From: Meyerozyma guilliermondii
Lineage: Eukaryota
Length of the DNA: 64,000 nucleotides
NCBI GenBank assembly: GCA_051546255.1
Contig: CP128816.1
Span: 1,860,001 to 1,924,000, forward strand
Direction of reading: 5' to 3'
Positions within the stretch are counted from its first letter, which is position 1, and each line of letters begins with the position of its first letter. Positions 1-9,667 of the stretch are shown here, one piece after another. Position numbers and translations under genes: made by a program. The notes under the pieces were generated by a model, which did not search any database, was not told the DNA's origin, and worked only from the letters and a program-made list of their open reading frames with translations.

Positions 1-696
1 GTGGCTAAAAACCAGCAAACTTTCACCGACTCTGTCAAGTATCTCAACATTCAAAGCAATGACAATGCCTATTGGCTTGTGAATGTGACAGACATAAAAT
101 TATTCAACGACTCATATTCGGGAGACTTTGATATCTCGGAGTCTTCGCTCCAGGCTATCATTGATACTGGAACCACTGGCATGGCATTGCCTATGGACGA
201 TGCCGACAACTTGCATTCTCAACTTTTTGGCTCCAGTTTGGTAACAGACAGCAAAGGTAATTATGCATTTCCTTGCGACGCAGACGCCAATATTACTATC
301 AGCCTCGATGGCCAGAAATTTTCAATTTCAGTAAGTGACTTCAAAGGAGACGAATATGGGTCCCAACTAGAAGGTTATTGCGCATCCAAGATACAGGGTC
401 TCGACGATAACAACTATTGGATTTTGGGATCTATCTTTCTCCGTCGTTACTATGCTATATTTGATATCCAGCAGCATAAAATTGGACTTGGCGTGAATAA
501 TTTGCTGCTGTACAAGTTGAAAGAGGTAAAGCCAACCTCAATCACTTCAAGCAGTTTGTCCTCTTCCACCATAGTGCATGGCAACTCTTCAAGCTCTCAA
601 TCTACAAAGCACTCTAAAACGAGCCTGGCTAATAGTTCAGGACTGATCGCTGGTCTTTCGTACGCTTTATTGTGCATGTTTGCGTACATAATATAA
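1..696 (+). CDS. Secreted or GPI-anchored aspartic protease (SAP/yapsin-like), C-terminal part; 5' end outside window
   Basis: AIIDTGTT second catalytic Asp motif, WILGSIFLRRYYAIFD motif, Ser/Thr-rich stalk and hydrophobic C-terminal GPI-type signal. Confidence 0.88.
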   Translation: MAKNQQTFTDSVKYLNIQSNDNAYWLVNVTDIKLFNDSYSGDFDISESSLQAIIDTGTTGMALPMDDADNLHSQLFGSSLVTDSKGNYAFPCDADANITISLDGQKFSISVSDFKGDEYGSQLEGYCASKIQGLDDNNYWILGSIFLRRYYAIFDIQQHKIGLGVNNLLLYKLKEVKPTSITSSSLSSSTIVHGNSSSSQSTKHSKTSLANSSGLIAGLSYALLCMFAYII

Positions 697-700
697 TAAA

Positions 701-1603
701 CTAGGTTATCACTGACAACCATGCTAACACTGCATACATAAGAGCAACTGGGTATACTGCCAAGAACACTCTTCCTGGGAGCACTCCAGAACACTTGAGA
801 CTCAAAACTCCAACGTAGACACTCCAAACACCCATTATAGCCATGACTGCCAAACGTAGGAGTTTCCATCGAATTACAAGCAGGCATAATAACTCACCAA
901 CGACAATGGGGAACATGGAGTAACCAGCAGCACTTATGGCTGACATGAACGAGATGTTACCACCTAACATTTGAATGTTCAATCCAATGACAATATAAAA
1001 GATCCATACAAATGCAAATGAGCCAGAAAACACCAGGTTGGTTTGGTTTTTGCTGGCTGAAACCCCCAATGTCACAGAGTATGCTAATGAAAATAAGAGT
1101 GGTCCCCAGAGATCCCAATCCAAATTCTCCAGCGACAAGAGGTCTCGATTGGAATAACTAGCTTCTCTGTCCTCATCTTCATTGGCATCCACAGCAACCG
1201 GTTGGTTCATTATTGTAGGAGGGAGGCGTATACCATTGCTAGAAGCAAAACGTACAAATCTTTGCTGTTGCTGAGAGGCTAGCCGTGAAAGTTGCATGGG
1301 CCATACTACAATTGCAAGTCTTTTGGCTATTTGCAACAAGTCTCGCCTTAATGTGTGCCACACGGGCTCATCAAGAGTATCTCCACCAGCATACTGATGT
1401 TCCAGAATGCGGTTATTATCGGTTCCAGAAACGAACGGTGTGAATGTCGAACTCAAATCAACCTTCGGTCCAAATTGACCCCACAGTCCAAATTGGAATC
1501 CAGGCTGAGAGGTTTGGGCACTTGGTACAGGTGCCAGCTTGCTGGCGGGAGCAGGGTCCTCGTCGGGAATTATAAAGTCGTCAACACTTGGAGAACCGAC
1601 CAT
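701..1603 (-). CDS. YIP4: Yip1-domain Golgi membrane protein
   Basis: TLDEPVWHTLRRDL and DWDLWGPL motifs followed by about 5 hydrophobic segments. Confidence 0.8.
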   Translation of the reverse strand: MVGSPSVDDFIIPDEDPAPASKLAPVPSAQTSQPGFQFGLWGQFGPKVDLSSTFTPFVSGTDNNRILEHQYAGGDTLDEPVWHTLRRDLLQIAKRLAIVVWPMQLSRLASQQQQRFVRFASSNGIRLPPTIMNQPVAVDANEDEDREASYSNRDLLSLENLDWDLWGPLLFSLAYSVTLGVSASKNQTNLVFSGSFAFVWIFYIVIGLNIQMLGGNISFMSAISAAGYSMFPIVVGELLCLLVIRWKLLRLAVMAIMGVWSVYVGVLSLKCSGVLPGRVFLAVYPVALMYAVLAWLSVIT

Positions 1604-1704
1604 TATGTTATTAAAGCGTGAGACGAATCTTTAGATTGATGGACTGCAGATAATACGATATCGAGCGTTGAAAAATGGCTGCTAAAAATACCTACAGCAG
1701 TAAA

Positions 1705-2400
1705 CTAGAACACACCTCCGGCAGCTGCAAATGCCTCTTTCTTCTCCTCCTCCGTAGCATACGATTTGACAACCTTGGCGGGAACTCCTGCAACAACCGA
1801 ATTGGCAGGAACGTCAGAACGCACCACTGCTCCGGCTGCAATTACGGCTCCATCTCCAATTGTTACCCCCGGAAGTATAACAGTATTTGCTGCAAACCAG
1901 ACATTGTTGCCTACAGTGATAGGTGCAGTGTGCTCGACGGCATTTATACGTTTTTTCGGGTCACTTGGTAACGAAAAAGTGGTAAAGGTGACATTGGGTC
2001 CCAATATACAATAATCGCCAAACGTGATAAACGTGGGATCGAGGAACGTACAATTGAAATTGGCATAGAAGCACTTGCCAAAACTGACATTGCACCCATA
2101 ATCAACGAAAAAAGGAGGTTCAATGAACGCATCTTTGGGAACTTTGCCGAATATGGCTGCAAGGTACCGATGGCGAGCTTCTTGATGCTTTTCAATATCA
2201 AAGTCATAATTCTTCAACCGGATATTTCCGTAGTCCAATGCTTTCTCATGAGCTACGCTTCTGGCCATAAGAAGCTCCTTCACCCAACAATTGTATGCCA
2301 TTCCCAGAATCATTTTTTCATATTCAGGTCCTTTAGGAAGGTTGGAGAGATTGGTATAAGCATATTCGACTCTCTTTTTGTCAATTTCAGTGGGAGTCAT
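1705..2400 (-). CDS. Maltose/galactoside O-acetyltransferase family protein, copy A (His-to-Leu at putative catalytic site)
   Basis: FIEPPFFVDYGCN, hexapeptide repeats, VVAGVPAKVVK; ATG at 2400 aligns with the start of copy B. Confidence 0.88.
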   Translation of the reverse strand: MTPTEIDKKRVEYAYTNLSNLPKGPEYEKMILGMAYNCWVKELLMARSVAHEKALDYGNIRLKNYDFDIEKHQEARHRYLAAIFGKVPKDAFIEPPFFVDYGCNVSFGKCFYANFNCTFLDPTFITFGDYCILGPNVTFTTFSLPSDPKKRINAVEHTAPITVGNNVWFAANTVILPGVTIGDGAVIAAGAVVRSDVPANSVVAGVPAKVVKSYATEEEKKEAFAAAGGVF

Positions 2401-2687
2401 AGCGATTGTAGTACTAATCAAAATTAAAATCAAGGTTTAATCAGGGCCCTACGACTACGATAACGGCTCCCCGCCCCACATTCCACCCCATGCACGGCGC
2501 AGGCATATGCAGGCATATGCACCGAACATGTTTGACATAAATTGAAAATTGTAGCTTAAAAGGTGATGAAGACTTGTCAACTATTCCTATGTTGGTTGTC
2601 GTGCTGTACTTTTTCTGAACCTCTTACTTTTCTTGAAATGGAGTTTATTAAGCTTATGTTTTTTCTATCATCTTCCCCTTCTTGAGA

Positions 2688-3386
2688 TCAATGAGTTCCA
2701 TGCTCAAGCTTGTCAATGACTTCCTTTTTCTCTTCTTCCGTCTCGTAAGTCTTGATCACCCGTGCTGGAATTCCTGCCACAACAGTATTGGCTGCAACAT
2801 TAGTACGCACCACGGCCCCCGCAGCAATAACGGCACCATCTCCGATAGTAACTCCGGGAAGAACCACCACATTGGATGCAAACCAAACATTGTTACCTAC
2901 GGTGATTGGCTCGGCATATTCCTCGGCGGTAATTCTACGCTTTGGATCGGTGGGGTGGGATACCGTGGTGAAAGTCACGTTGGGTCCCAACATTACATTG
3001 TCGCCAAAAGTGATCAATGTTGGATCCAAAAATGTACAATTGAAGTTTGCATAGAATGCTTTGCCAAATTTGATGTTGCAGCCATAATCGACGAAAAAAG
3101 GTGGCTCAATAAACGCATCTTCGGGGATGTTGCCAAATATGGAACTCAAATATTGGTGTCTGGCGGCATGATGTTTTTTGATGTCGTAGTCGTAATCCTT
3201 TAAGCGAATGCCAGCATAGTCAATTGCCTTCTCGTGGGCTACATTTCTCGCCATAAAGAGGCTATGATCCCAACAGTTGTAAGGAACTCCCAGAATCATT
3301 TTTTCGTACTCTGGTCCCTTGGGGAGGTTGTTGAGGTTTTCGTAGGCATAAGCCACAAGCTCTTTGTCAATCTCTGTTTTTGTCAT
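2688..3386 (-). CDS. Maltose/galactoside O-acetyltransferase family protein, copy B
   Basis: FIEPPFFVDYGCN, TVSHP, ITVGNNVW, GVTIGDGAVIAAGAVV hexapeptide repeats. Confidence 0.9.
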   Translation of the reverse strand: MTKTEIDKELVAYAYENLNNLPKGPEYEKMILGVPYNCWDHSLFMARNVAHEKAIDYAGIRLKDYDYDIKKHHAARHQYLSSIFGNIPEDAFIEPPFFVDYGCNIKFGKAFYANFNCTFLDPTLITFGDNVMLGPNVTFTTVSHPTDPKRRITAEEYAEPITVGNNVWFASNVVVLPGVTIGDGAVIAAGAVVRTNVAANTVVAGIPARVIKTYETEEEKKEVIDKLEHGTH

Positions 3387-3562
3387 AATGCTAGTTTACA
3401 GTCTGCGAAGTTACCTTGATATACGTGGTCGGAAATTAGTTCGCAATTTCCAGAGTGCGGAATAATTCCCCGCACAGGAAGGATTCATGCATCTCTTCAT
3501 GCAAGTTGTGCATTCGAGGCCTACATTGCATCAATGGAAAGTTACTTGTATTGAATTCGTGT

Positions 3563-4447
3563 CTAGTTGGCATCAAAGTCGAAAAATGGTGGCACATTGG
3601 TTCTGTTGGTTCCATGTTTCTTCTCAAGATCGTTCAATTGATCAAACACTTCCTTTGGCAATTCCACCGTGAGCAAGTTGCTTTGTATACGTTCTGGAGT
3701 GACAGACTTGGGCAATACGACATCACCTCTTTGAATGTTCCACGAAATCAAAACTTGAGCTGGTGTGATTCCAAGATCGTTGGCGATCTTCTTGACGTCT
3801 TCAAGGTCACGAATCGAACCTTCGGTGGATCCCAATGGCGAGTAAGCCTCAATACGAATGTTGTTCTTCTTCAACAATTCAAGCAATTCTGGTTGCTGCA
3901 ACAATGGGTGAGCCTCAACTTGGTTAACAACTGGCACCACATCAACATCCTTGTCGGCCAACAAACGTTCAATTTGCTTTGGAGTGAAGTTGGAAACACC
4001 GATTGCTCTGATTTTCTTGGTGTTCTTGTAGATTTTTTGCAACTCCTTGTAAGTGTCAAGGTAGTCCCAGTCTGGGTACTCCTTTTCAGTCTTAGGGTCC
4101 TGGGCAACAGGCCAGTGAATCAAGTACAAGTCGACGTAGTCAACCTTCAATCTCTGCAAAGACTCATCAAGAGCCTTCTCGACTTCCTTATGTTTGGTGT
4201 TCCACAATTTGGTGGTCAAAAAAATCTCATCTCTTGGAACCTTGGACTCGACAATTCCATTTCCAACTTCTTCTTCGTTTCCATAAATGGCAGCACCATC
4301 AATGTGTCTGTAACCTGCTTGCAAAGCAATACGGACAGCATCGCCAACTTTACCCTTCTCGGATTGCCAAGTTCCCAATCCAAGGGCTGGAATTTTCACA
4401 CCATTGTTCAAGGTGTAGACGGTGGTACTTTTAGTTAAATTCGACAT
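3563..4447 (-). CDS. GCY1: Aldo-keto reductase (Gcy1/Ypr1-like)
   Basis: GLGTW, GYRHIDGAAIY, IFLTTKLW, LYLIHWP, AIGVSNF, LPKS motifs. Confidence 0.85.
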   Translation of the reverse strand: MSNLTKSTTVYTLNNGVKIPALGLGTWQSEKGKVGDAVRIALQAGYRHIDGAAIYGNEEEVGNGIVESKVPRDEIFLTTKLWNTKHKEVEKALDESLQRLKVDYVDLYLIHWPVAQDPKTEKEYPDWDYLDTYKELQKIYKNTKKIRAIGVSNFTPKQIERLLADKDVDVVPVVNQVEAHPLLQQPELLELLKKNNIRIEAYSPLGSTEGSIRDLEDVKKIANDLGITPAQVLISWNIQRGDVVLPKSVTPERIQSNLLTVELPKEVFDQLNDLEKKHGTNRTNVPPFFDFDAN

Positions 4448-4791
4448 TGTTGATATAAAGCGTTTTAAAAGAATTATAAATGAATATCAGATGTTAATTG
4501 TGGCAACTGGGTCCCCTTTTATAGTATAATATTACTCAGCAAGTCCGACCACTTGTGCCGCAACCTTGATTGTTGCTGCAGCCACTTCTGCACCTAGCCG
4601 TCTTTGTGCGCCATGCGGGGCCAATTAACCGAGTCGGACCGAGCCGCACCGCACGCAACTAGTAAATTTTCGCAGCCACAACCGTGTGTCAAGCTAAATA
4701 TTATCTGGCTCAACCCACACTATGGCGGTACATTGTGCGCGCGAGTTATATTTTTTATGGAAAAACTGGCTATGGCGGAAAAACAATGAAC

Positions 4792-7700
4792 CTATGATGA
4801 CTTCTTGAATAATCCAAACCCTTTCTTTTTGTCGGATTTCCGGCTGGTGTTCAGGCTCAAACTCAATGCCGACAGGCTGCGAATTAATTCTGAGTCGTCA
4901 GTAGGTGGGGTGACTTCCATGGGGCTCATTCCCTTAACGGGAGTGGCTTTCTTGCTCAGTTTGTGTGAGCTTAAATGGTGGAAAATACCATGATGCTTTT
5001 TCTTTTTTGAATTTGTGGTGTCAAGAGACGAAACTGACTGTACGTCATTGTAGGGTATAGAAGAAGCCGTTTGAGCTCGTGAAGGTGGCTTAGGTTTTTC
5101 AGCCGCTTCGTGCCGCGTCAGCACATGGTCTGTTTTACTGTGGGACCGTTCACCTCTAGTGTGAGGTTTAGCCTTTTCTCTTTCGAGTTGCTGCTTTTTG
5201 AGTTTCTGATCTTGCTTTACAAGCTTGTTGATGCGTTTGTCTACCTCTTTGTTCTCCCCAATCATTGATTTCTTGGACTCGGATTTAGTCATTCTGAACG
5301 GCGTGAGTCCTCCAATTGATCTAAGATTGGACGTCTTGCTACGATCCAAAGGCGTCGTCCGGAAACTACCTAGAGTATGCAAAGATGTCGAGGATCTGGT
5401 AGTCTTGAGCTCGGAAAAGTCGTGCGATGCAAGCTCGCTTTCTGAGTCGTTAATATCCAGTTCTGACTCGATTTCTTCTGCACTCCGCTGTTGCTCCTCC
5501 AACTTCTTCTCTAGCATCGTAATACGTGAAAACATGTAGTCCTGAGTTTCTTTGAGTAAAATGTTCATATGACGAGCATTGGCTGCTCTCAACATCAATT
5601 TCATGTCGGTTGTCAATGCTCCAACCTCATGTATAAGTTCAAGCACATGATCAGAGGGAACTGGAGCATCTGGAGAGACAAGCTCTTCCAACGTAAGGTG
5701 GTTCGTACGAGCTTTTTCGTCTGCTTCTTCATCTTCTTCCTCGTCAGCAATGCTATGAGAACGTTGAAAAGGTATATCCATCTTGTCAAAGATAGACTTT
5801 GATCTAGGACCAATGGGCATCGACGACTCAGGCTCAACCATGTACGCGAGATCGAAATCGTAATCTTCATTCTCACTGTTCGATGGAGTCTTAAAGTCTG
5901 AATCTAATTCTGGCTCCAACTTTTCTGTGTCCCCGCTCTGGCTGGGAATATCGGTACTATCTGACGAGCCTTTCTCCATACCAACAGAACGCTCTCTTGG
6001 TGCATTTGAATCCCACGATTTATAGCGTGAGCTCAGACTATTCTTGTGTATGTTTGAAGTCTTTTGTAACAAATTCATATCAAAGTAACCATCGTCAACC
6101 GTATCCATTAACCCTTGATATTCTTCTAAAGGTGAAACAAAGTCGGTATCTGGTTCTGAGTTGGTGAGCTTGAGAAGCTCTTCATGTCTTTTTCTAAGTT
6201 TGTTGACTTCTTTAACAACATATGACTCTTTTCTTCCAATAATACCAAAGAGAACTTCACAAATCAAGTCATACAAAAGCGGCACTTTGAAGAACCGTGC
6301 AATTGCAAGATTATTCAACGTAGTGGGCTGAAGGAGCCATTTGTTACCAATCTGGCCAGTATACAAATACTCGCAGAATGCCTTTAAAGTGGCTGTTGGA
6401 AATGGAATATAGAGCTTTCTTGGAATCAAAGATGGTTCCATAGCAAACTTGCTTCCATCAACATCATCAAAGTCGAGTAATATGTTGCTCAATAAACCCT
6501 TCTCGACATCACTTTCGGCACGCAGGATTTCAGAATCCGCTCTAGATCGCATCTGAGAGTTCGGTGTCGTATTAACAGTGGATTCAGACAGATGTATGTT
6601 ATCTCTAGGAATACCTTTGACTGCATCCATGAGAGACTCGACAGGCGAGTTGTCGGTATTGCTTTGTTCTAAGGAGCTCAGAAGCGGCATGGTTGAATTT
6701 CCAGCACCTGAAGCGTTTGAAACGGATGCACGAGGAGACGCAAAGGGGGAGTTTCTTGGTGACTTGACTGGAATGTTACGAAGTGTCGTCAATGTGTGAA
6801 TCAAGGAAGCACGAGGAGAATTGATGTCACTGGAACCTCTCCTCGACTGCGATCGGAAACTCAGCGAGGCTGGCACACTGGGAATTGGTTCGTTGGGTAA
6901 AGGAAGTTGCGGTGGAATATCCTGAAGCTGAGAGATCAAAAGCGAGTTTTGGCTGTGGTAAGAGCTTGTCGAGCCGCGGCGTGCCTCTAAAGGTTGGTGG
7001 GGATCCACGGCTGAAGATACAGAGACCAACCCAGGTCTTTCTTTTGCCGGCTGTTCACCTGCAGCCACTTTTGTGTTGCCAGTTTCACTCTCGTCGGGAG
7101 GAGCAAGATTCGTCTGGCTCGTTTGTGCAAGCTCTTGAAATGGATATCTGAATTGAGGAGTGTCTTTTTGAGGTTTCTTGGAATTCGGGTGCACCACCTG
7201 GACTTGAAAGCTCTTTGGGGGACTTGTGCTTAAGGGCTCAGCTTGAAATGAAGAATTTGTAATTGAACTGGTTTCAGATGCTTGTGACGTTCGCAACGCT
7301 TGGCGAGTATTTGGGTGTTCTCTTTGGTCTTTCTCAAACTTTGTCACTGCCTGAACGTATCCTCGGGAGAGTAAGTCAATAAAGTAGCTTCCCCAACGCT
7401 CTTGAAGTGTCATCATCAGCACAGGAATTCGATCTCCTGAAGATGATACAAGCTCAAAGTCAGAGATCAAGTCACCATATCTGTCGAAGGCATTTCGACC
7501 TAAGGTTATCGCAGCAGCAGGGAAAACAGAACTGATATTTGTGAAGTTAGTTTTTGGAGCAGCATACAGCACGTATTCCGAGAAGCTAATTGCATGCGAA
7601 TGGTCACTCAGATCCGAGTCTAGTTCTTCTTGATCGCGATTAGCATCTTCGTCCAACGATCTTGTTGAAGCTGTATGATCTGACGAGTCATCGGAAATGG

Positions 7701-9120
7701 GCACTCGTTTACCGTGTGCTTCATGAACATGTCCTCCTGCTAGCTCTGAACTTGCCAAAATATTTGTAATAGGCAAGCTAACGAGAATCATTTGAGTGAA
7801 AAAACGAATACTGCTGGTTGTTCTTGACGTAATATAGTTACCCAAGAGCAACACCTTGTGATGGGACTGCCAAACAAATCCACCCCAAAATCTGTGAGAT
7901 CCATAATCATGATGACAGAAAACATTGAGACGAGACCACTTACCTGTTGGCTTGTTGTATACGAAAATGGAGATGTTAAAATCGTTTGGCAAAAAACCAC
8001 AAATCACCACATTTTTTCCAAATACTCCAGCGGTGGGATATCGCAAATTGTAGGGGATAGTATGTAATGCATTGCTGTGAGTCGTCAGAGTATCTCGCTT
8101 TCGATGAAGCGGGAGGATTTTCCCACGCTTTAGTTGACGTCCTAGGCGAAACGACAAGAGCGGGTTGGGTGAATCAGGTCGTATTTTTCCCTTGGTTGGG
8201 GCGTATACAATGATGGATTCCAGAGGAGAGTCATTCGCAGAGCGGTGTTTTTTCCTTTCGGTGCCTCTAGGGTTGTGTCTGTGTTTGTGTTGGGTTTCTT
8301 GATCAAAAGCCACCACGATATTTCTGGTGTATTCGATGTTCAAATTGTAGTTGTCATCAACGTTGTCTATTTCATCAATCTCCTTTTCACTGTCAGAGGA
8401 AAGGCTATTAGTGGATATTTCGAGATTAATACTGGTACCAACGTAGGATAAATCGACTAAATCGAAAATGTAGTTGTCGTAAATCATATTGGAGTTGGCG
8501 TCTCGTCCGCCTGCTATTAATAGTCCATGGTGGTCCGGCTTGTCCAAAAACAGAAGCGAGTTCAAGGGGGTCATCTTGTGGTTGTAGCGAGGAGTAGGCT
8601 TCGCTATGGATTCATTATACGACCCATCGTCGAGGAGACGCCATGTATTGTGCTCAAGGTTAAATTCCCATAAATCATTGGTAGGTGTAAGCCATGAAGT
8701 AGGAACGTTGTCATCGGGATTCTCCGAGCATGCAAGTCCTCCAAACACGTATAAGCAGTTGTTTGAGGCGGCTACTTCATGAAAGAGTCTTGCACTTGGA
8801 CGAGGGGTGTCAGGACTAGTTGCAACTCGATACCATACTCTGTCTAAGATGTTGAGAATGAAAAGCTCACCAGACAAGTATCTCTCCAATCTTTTAGATT
8901 TGGATGTCAGAAGTTTCAGAATGTATACCTCTACTAGTTCGTCTATGGTAAGGGCATCAAGCTCTAAACCAATGGTCATTCCACCGAACGTCATCACTAA
9001 CGAATTATAAAGGGTAGAAGCCGATCCGGTTCTAACATTCAAATTGAGACGATCATCTTTGTCTATTGGAGGTAGCTGTAGCGAGTAGCACGTAGAAGCA
9101 GAAGGTATGACGGTGGTCAT
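4792..9120 (-). CDS. MDS3: Kelch-repeat TOR-pathway regulator Mds3/Pmd1
   Basis: N-terminal kelch repeats (FGG, LYVFGG, IAGG), HRFWGGFVWQSHHKV, BTB-like EYLYTGQ segment; 1442 aa. Confidence 0.88.
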   Translation of the reverse strand: MTTVIPSASTCYSLQLPPIDKDDRLNLNVRTGSASTLYNSLVMTFGGMTIGLELDALTIDELVEVYILKLLTSKSKRLERYLSGELFILNILDRVWYRVATSPDTPRPSARLFHEVAASNNCLYVFGGLACSENPDDNVPTSWLTPTNDLWEFNLEHNTWRLLDDGSYNESIAKPTPRYNHKMTPLNSLLFLDKPDHHGLLIAGGRDANSNMIYDNYIFDLVDLSYVGTSINLEISTNSLSSDSEKEIDEIDNVDDNYNLNIEYTRNIVVAFDQETQHKHRHNPRGTERKKHRSANDSPLESIIVYAPTKGKIRPDSPNPLLSFRLGRQLKRGKILPLHRKRDTLTTHSNALHTIPYNLRYPTAGVFGKNVVICGFLPNDFNISIFVYNKPTGKWSRLNVFCHHDYGSHRFWGGFVWQSHHKVLLLGNYITSRTTSSIRFFTQMILVSLPITNILASSELAGGHVHEAHGKRVPISDDSSDHTASTRSLDEDANRDQEELDSDLSDHSHAISFSEYVLYAAPKTNFTNISSVFPAAAITLGRNAFDRYGDLISDFELVSSSGDRIPVLMMTLQERWGSYFIDLLSRGYVQAVTKFEKDQREHPNTRQALRTSQASETSSITNSSFQAEPLSTSPPKSFQVQVVHPNSKKPQKDTPQFRYPFQELAQTSQTNLAPPDESETGNTKVAAGEQPAKERPGLVSVSSAVDPHQPLEARRGSTSSYHSQNSLLISQLQDIPPQLPLPNEPIPSVPASLSFRSQSRRGSSDINSPRASLIHTLTTLRNIPVKSPRNSPFASPRASVSNASGAGNSTMPLLSSLEQSNTDNSPVESLMDAVKGIPRDNIHLSESTVNTTPNSQMRSRADSEILRAESDVEKGLLSNILLDFDDVDGSKFAMEPSLIPRKLYIPFPTATLKAFCEYLYTGQIGNKWLLQPTTLNNLAIARFFKVPLLYDLICEVLFGIIGRKESYVVKEVNKLRKRHEELLKLTNSEPDTDFVSPLEEYQGLMDTVDDGYFDMNLLQKTSNIHKNSLSSRYKSWDSNAPRERSVGMEKGSSDSTDIPSQSGDTEKLEPELDSDFKTPSNSENEDYDFDLAYMVEPESSMPIGPRSKSIFDKMDIPFQRSHSIADEEEDEEADEKARTNHLTLEELVSPDAPVPSDHVLELIHEVGALTTDMKLMLRAANARHMNILLKETQDYMFSRITMLEKKLEEQQRSAEEIESELDINDSESELASHDFSELKTTRSSTSLHTLGSFRTTPLDRSKTSNLRSIGGLTPFRMTKSESKKSMIGENKEVDKRINKLVKQDQKLKKQQLEREKAKPHTRGERSHSKTDHVLTRHEAAEKPKPPSRAQTASSIPYNDVQSVSSLDTTNSKKKKHHGIFHHLSSHKLSKKATPVKGMSPMEVTPPTDDSELIRSLSALSLSLNTSRKSDKKKGFGLFKKSS

Positions 9121-9416
9121 GGATGGGCTCTAATGGAAGAAAACTGAGCCTGCTCGTAATGCCTAAAATTGCAGCGGGGGGATCGGGTCGGTGTATGGAT
9201 GTGCGACCAGGATGCCGTATAGCGATGTGCCAAGTGAAATAGGCAGCGGAGTGCGATGGACGAGGAGAAGAGGTTCAAAAATAGAAGGAGAGAATGGATG
9301 GAGAAGGAGAATGGATAGAGGGTGGAGAAGGGGTAAAGAAAATAGAAGCGAGGTGAACTGGAGTGTAGAAGCAAAGGCTGGGAATTAAAGTAAAGTGTCT
9401 ACAGTGTAGGCCATCA

Positions 9417-9448
9417 TTTCCAGATTCACCTTTTTCCAGATTCACCTT
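9417..9448. repeat. Exact 16-bp tandem duplication in the divergent MDS3/Eis1-like promoter
   Basis: TTTCCAGATTCACCTT twice. Confidence 0.85.
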
Positions 9449-9667
9449 GGCTGCAATTTGACACTTTACCATTTGGGTATATCCCCACCTTCATCATCGC
9501 GCGCTCTCGTGCGCTGCACCGAAGCGGAAGAAGCCAAACATCAGCGCTGGTTCCACTGGCCGCCGCAACCAGCGCATGGGTCGCGCACGACATATCATGC
9601 ACCGAGGAGGCACCAATTTCACCCACAAACAAGTACAACTCTAGTGATACTACACGCTGTCTGGAAC

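Noticed and set aside
3455..4438. 327-aa ORF antisense to the aldo-keto reductase
   Set aside because: GTG start, codon-aligned mirror of a biased-codon gene, no recognisable protein motifs
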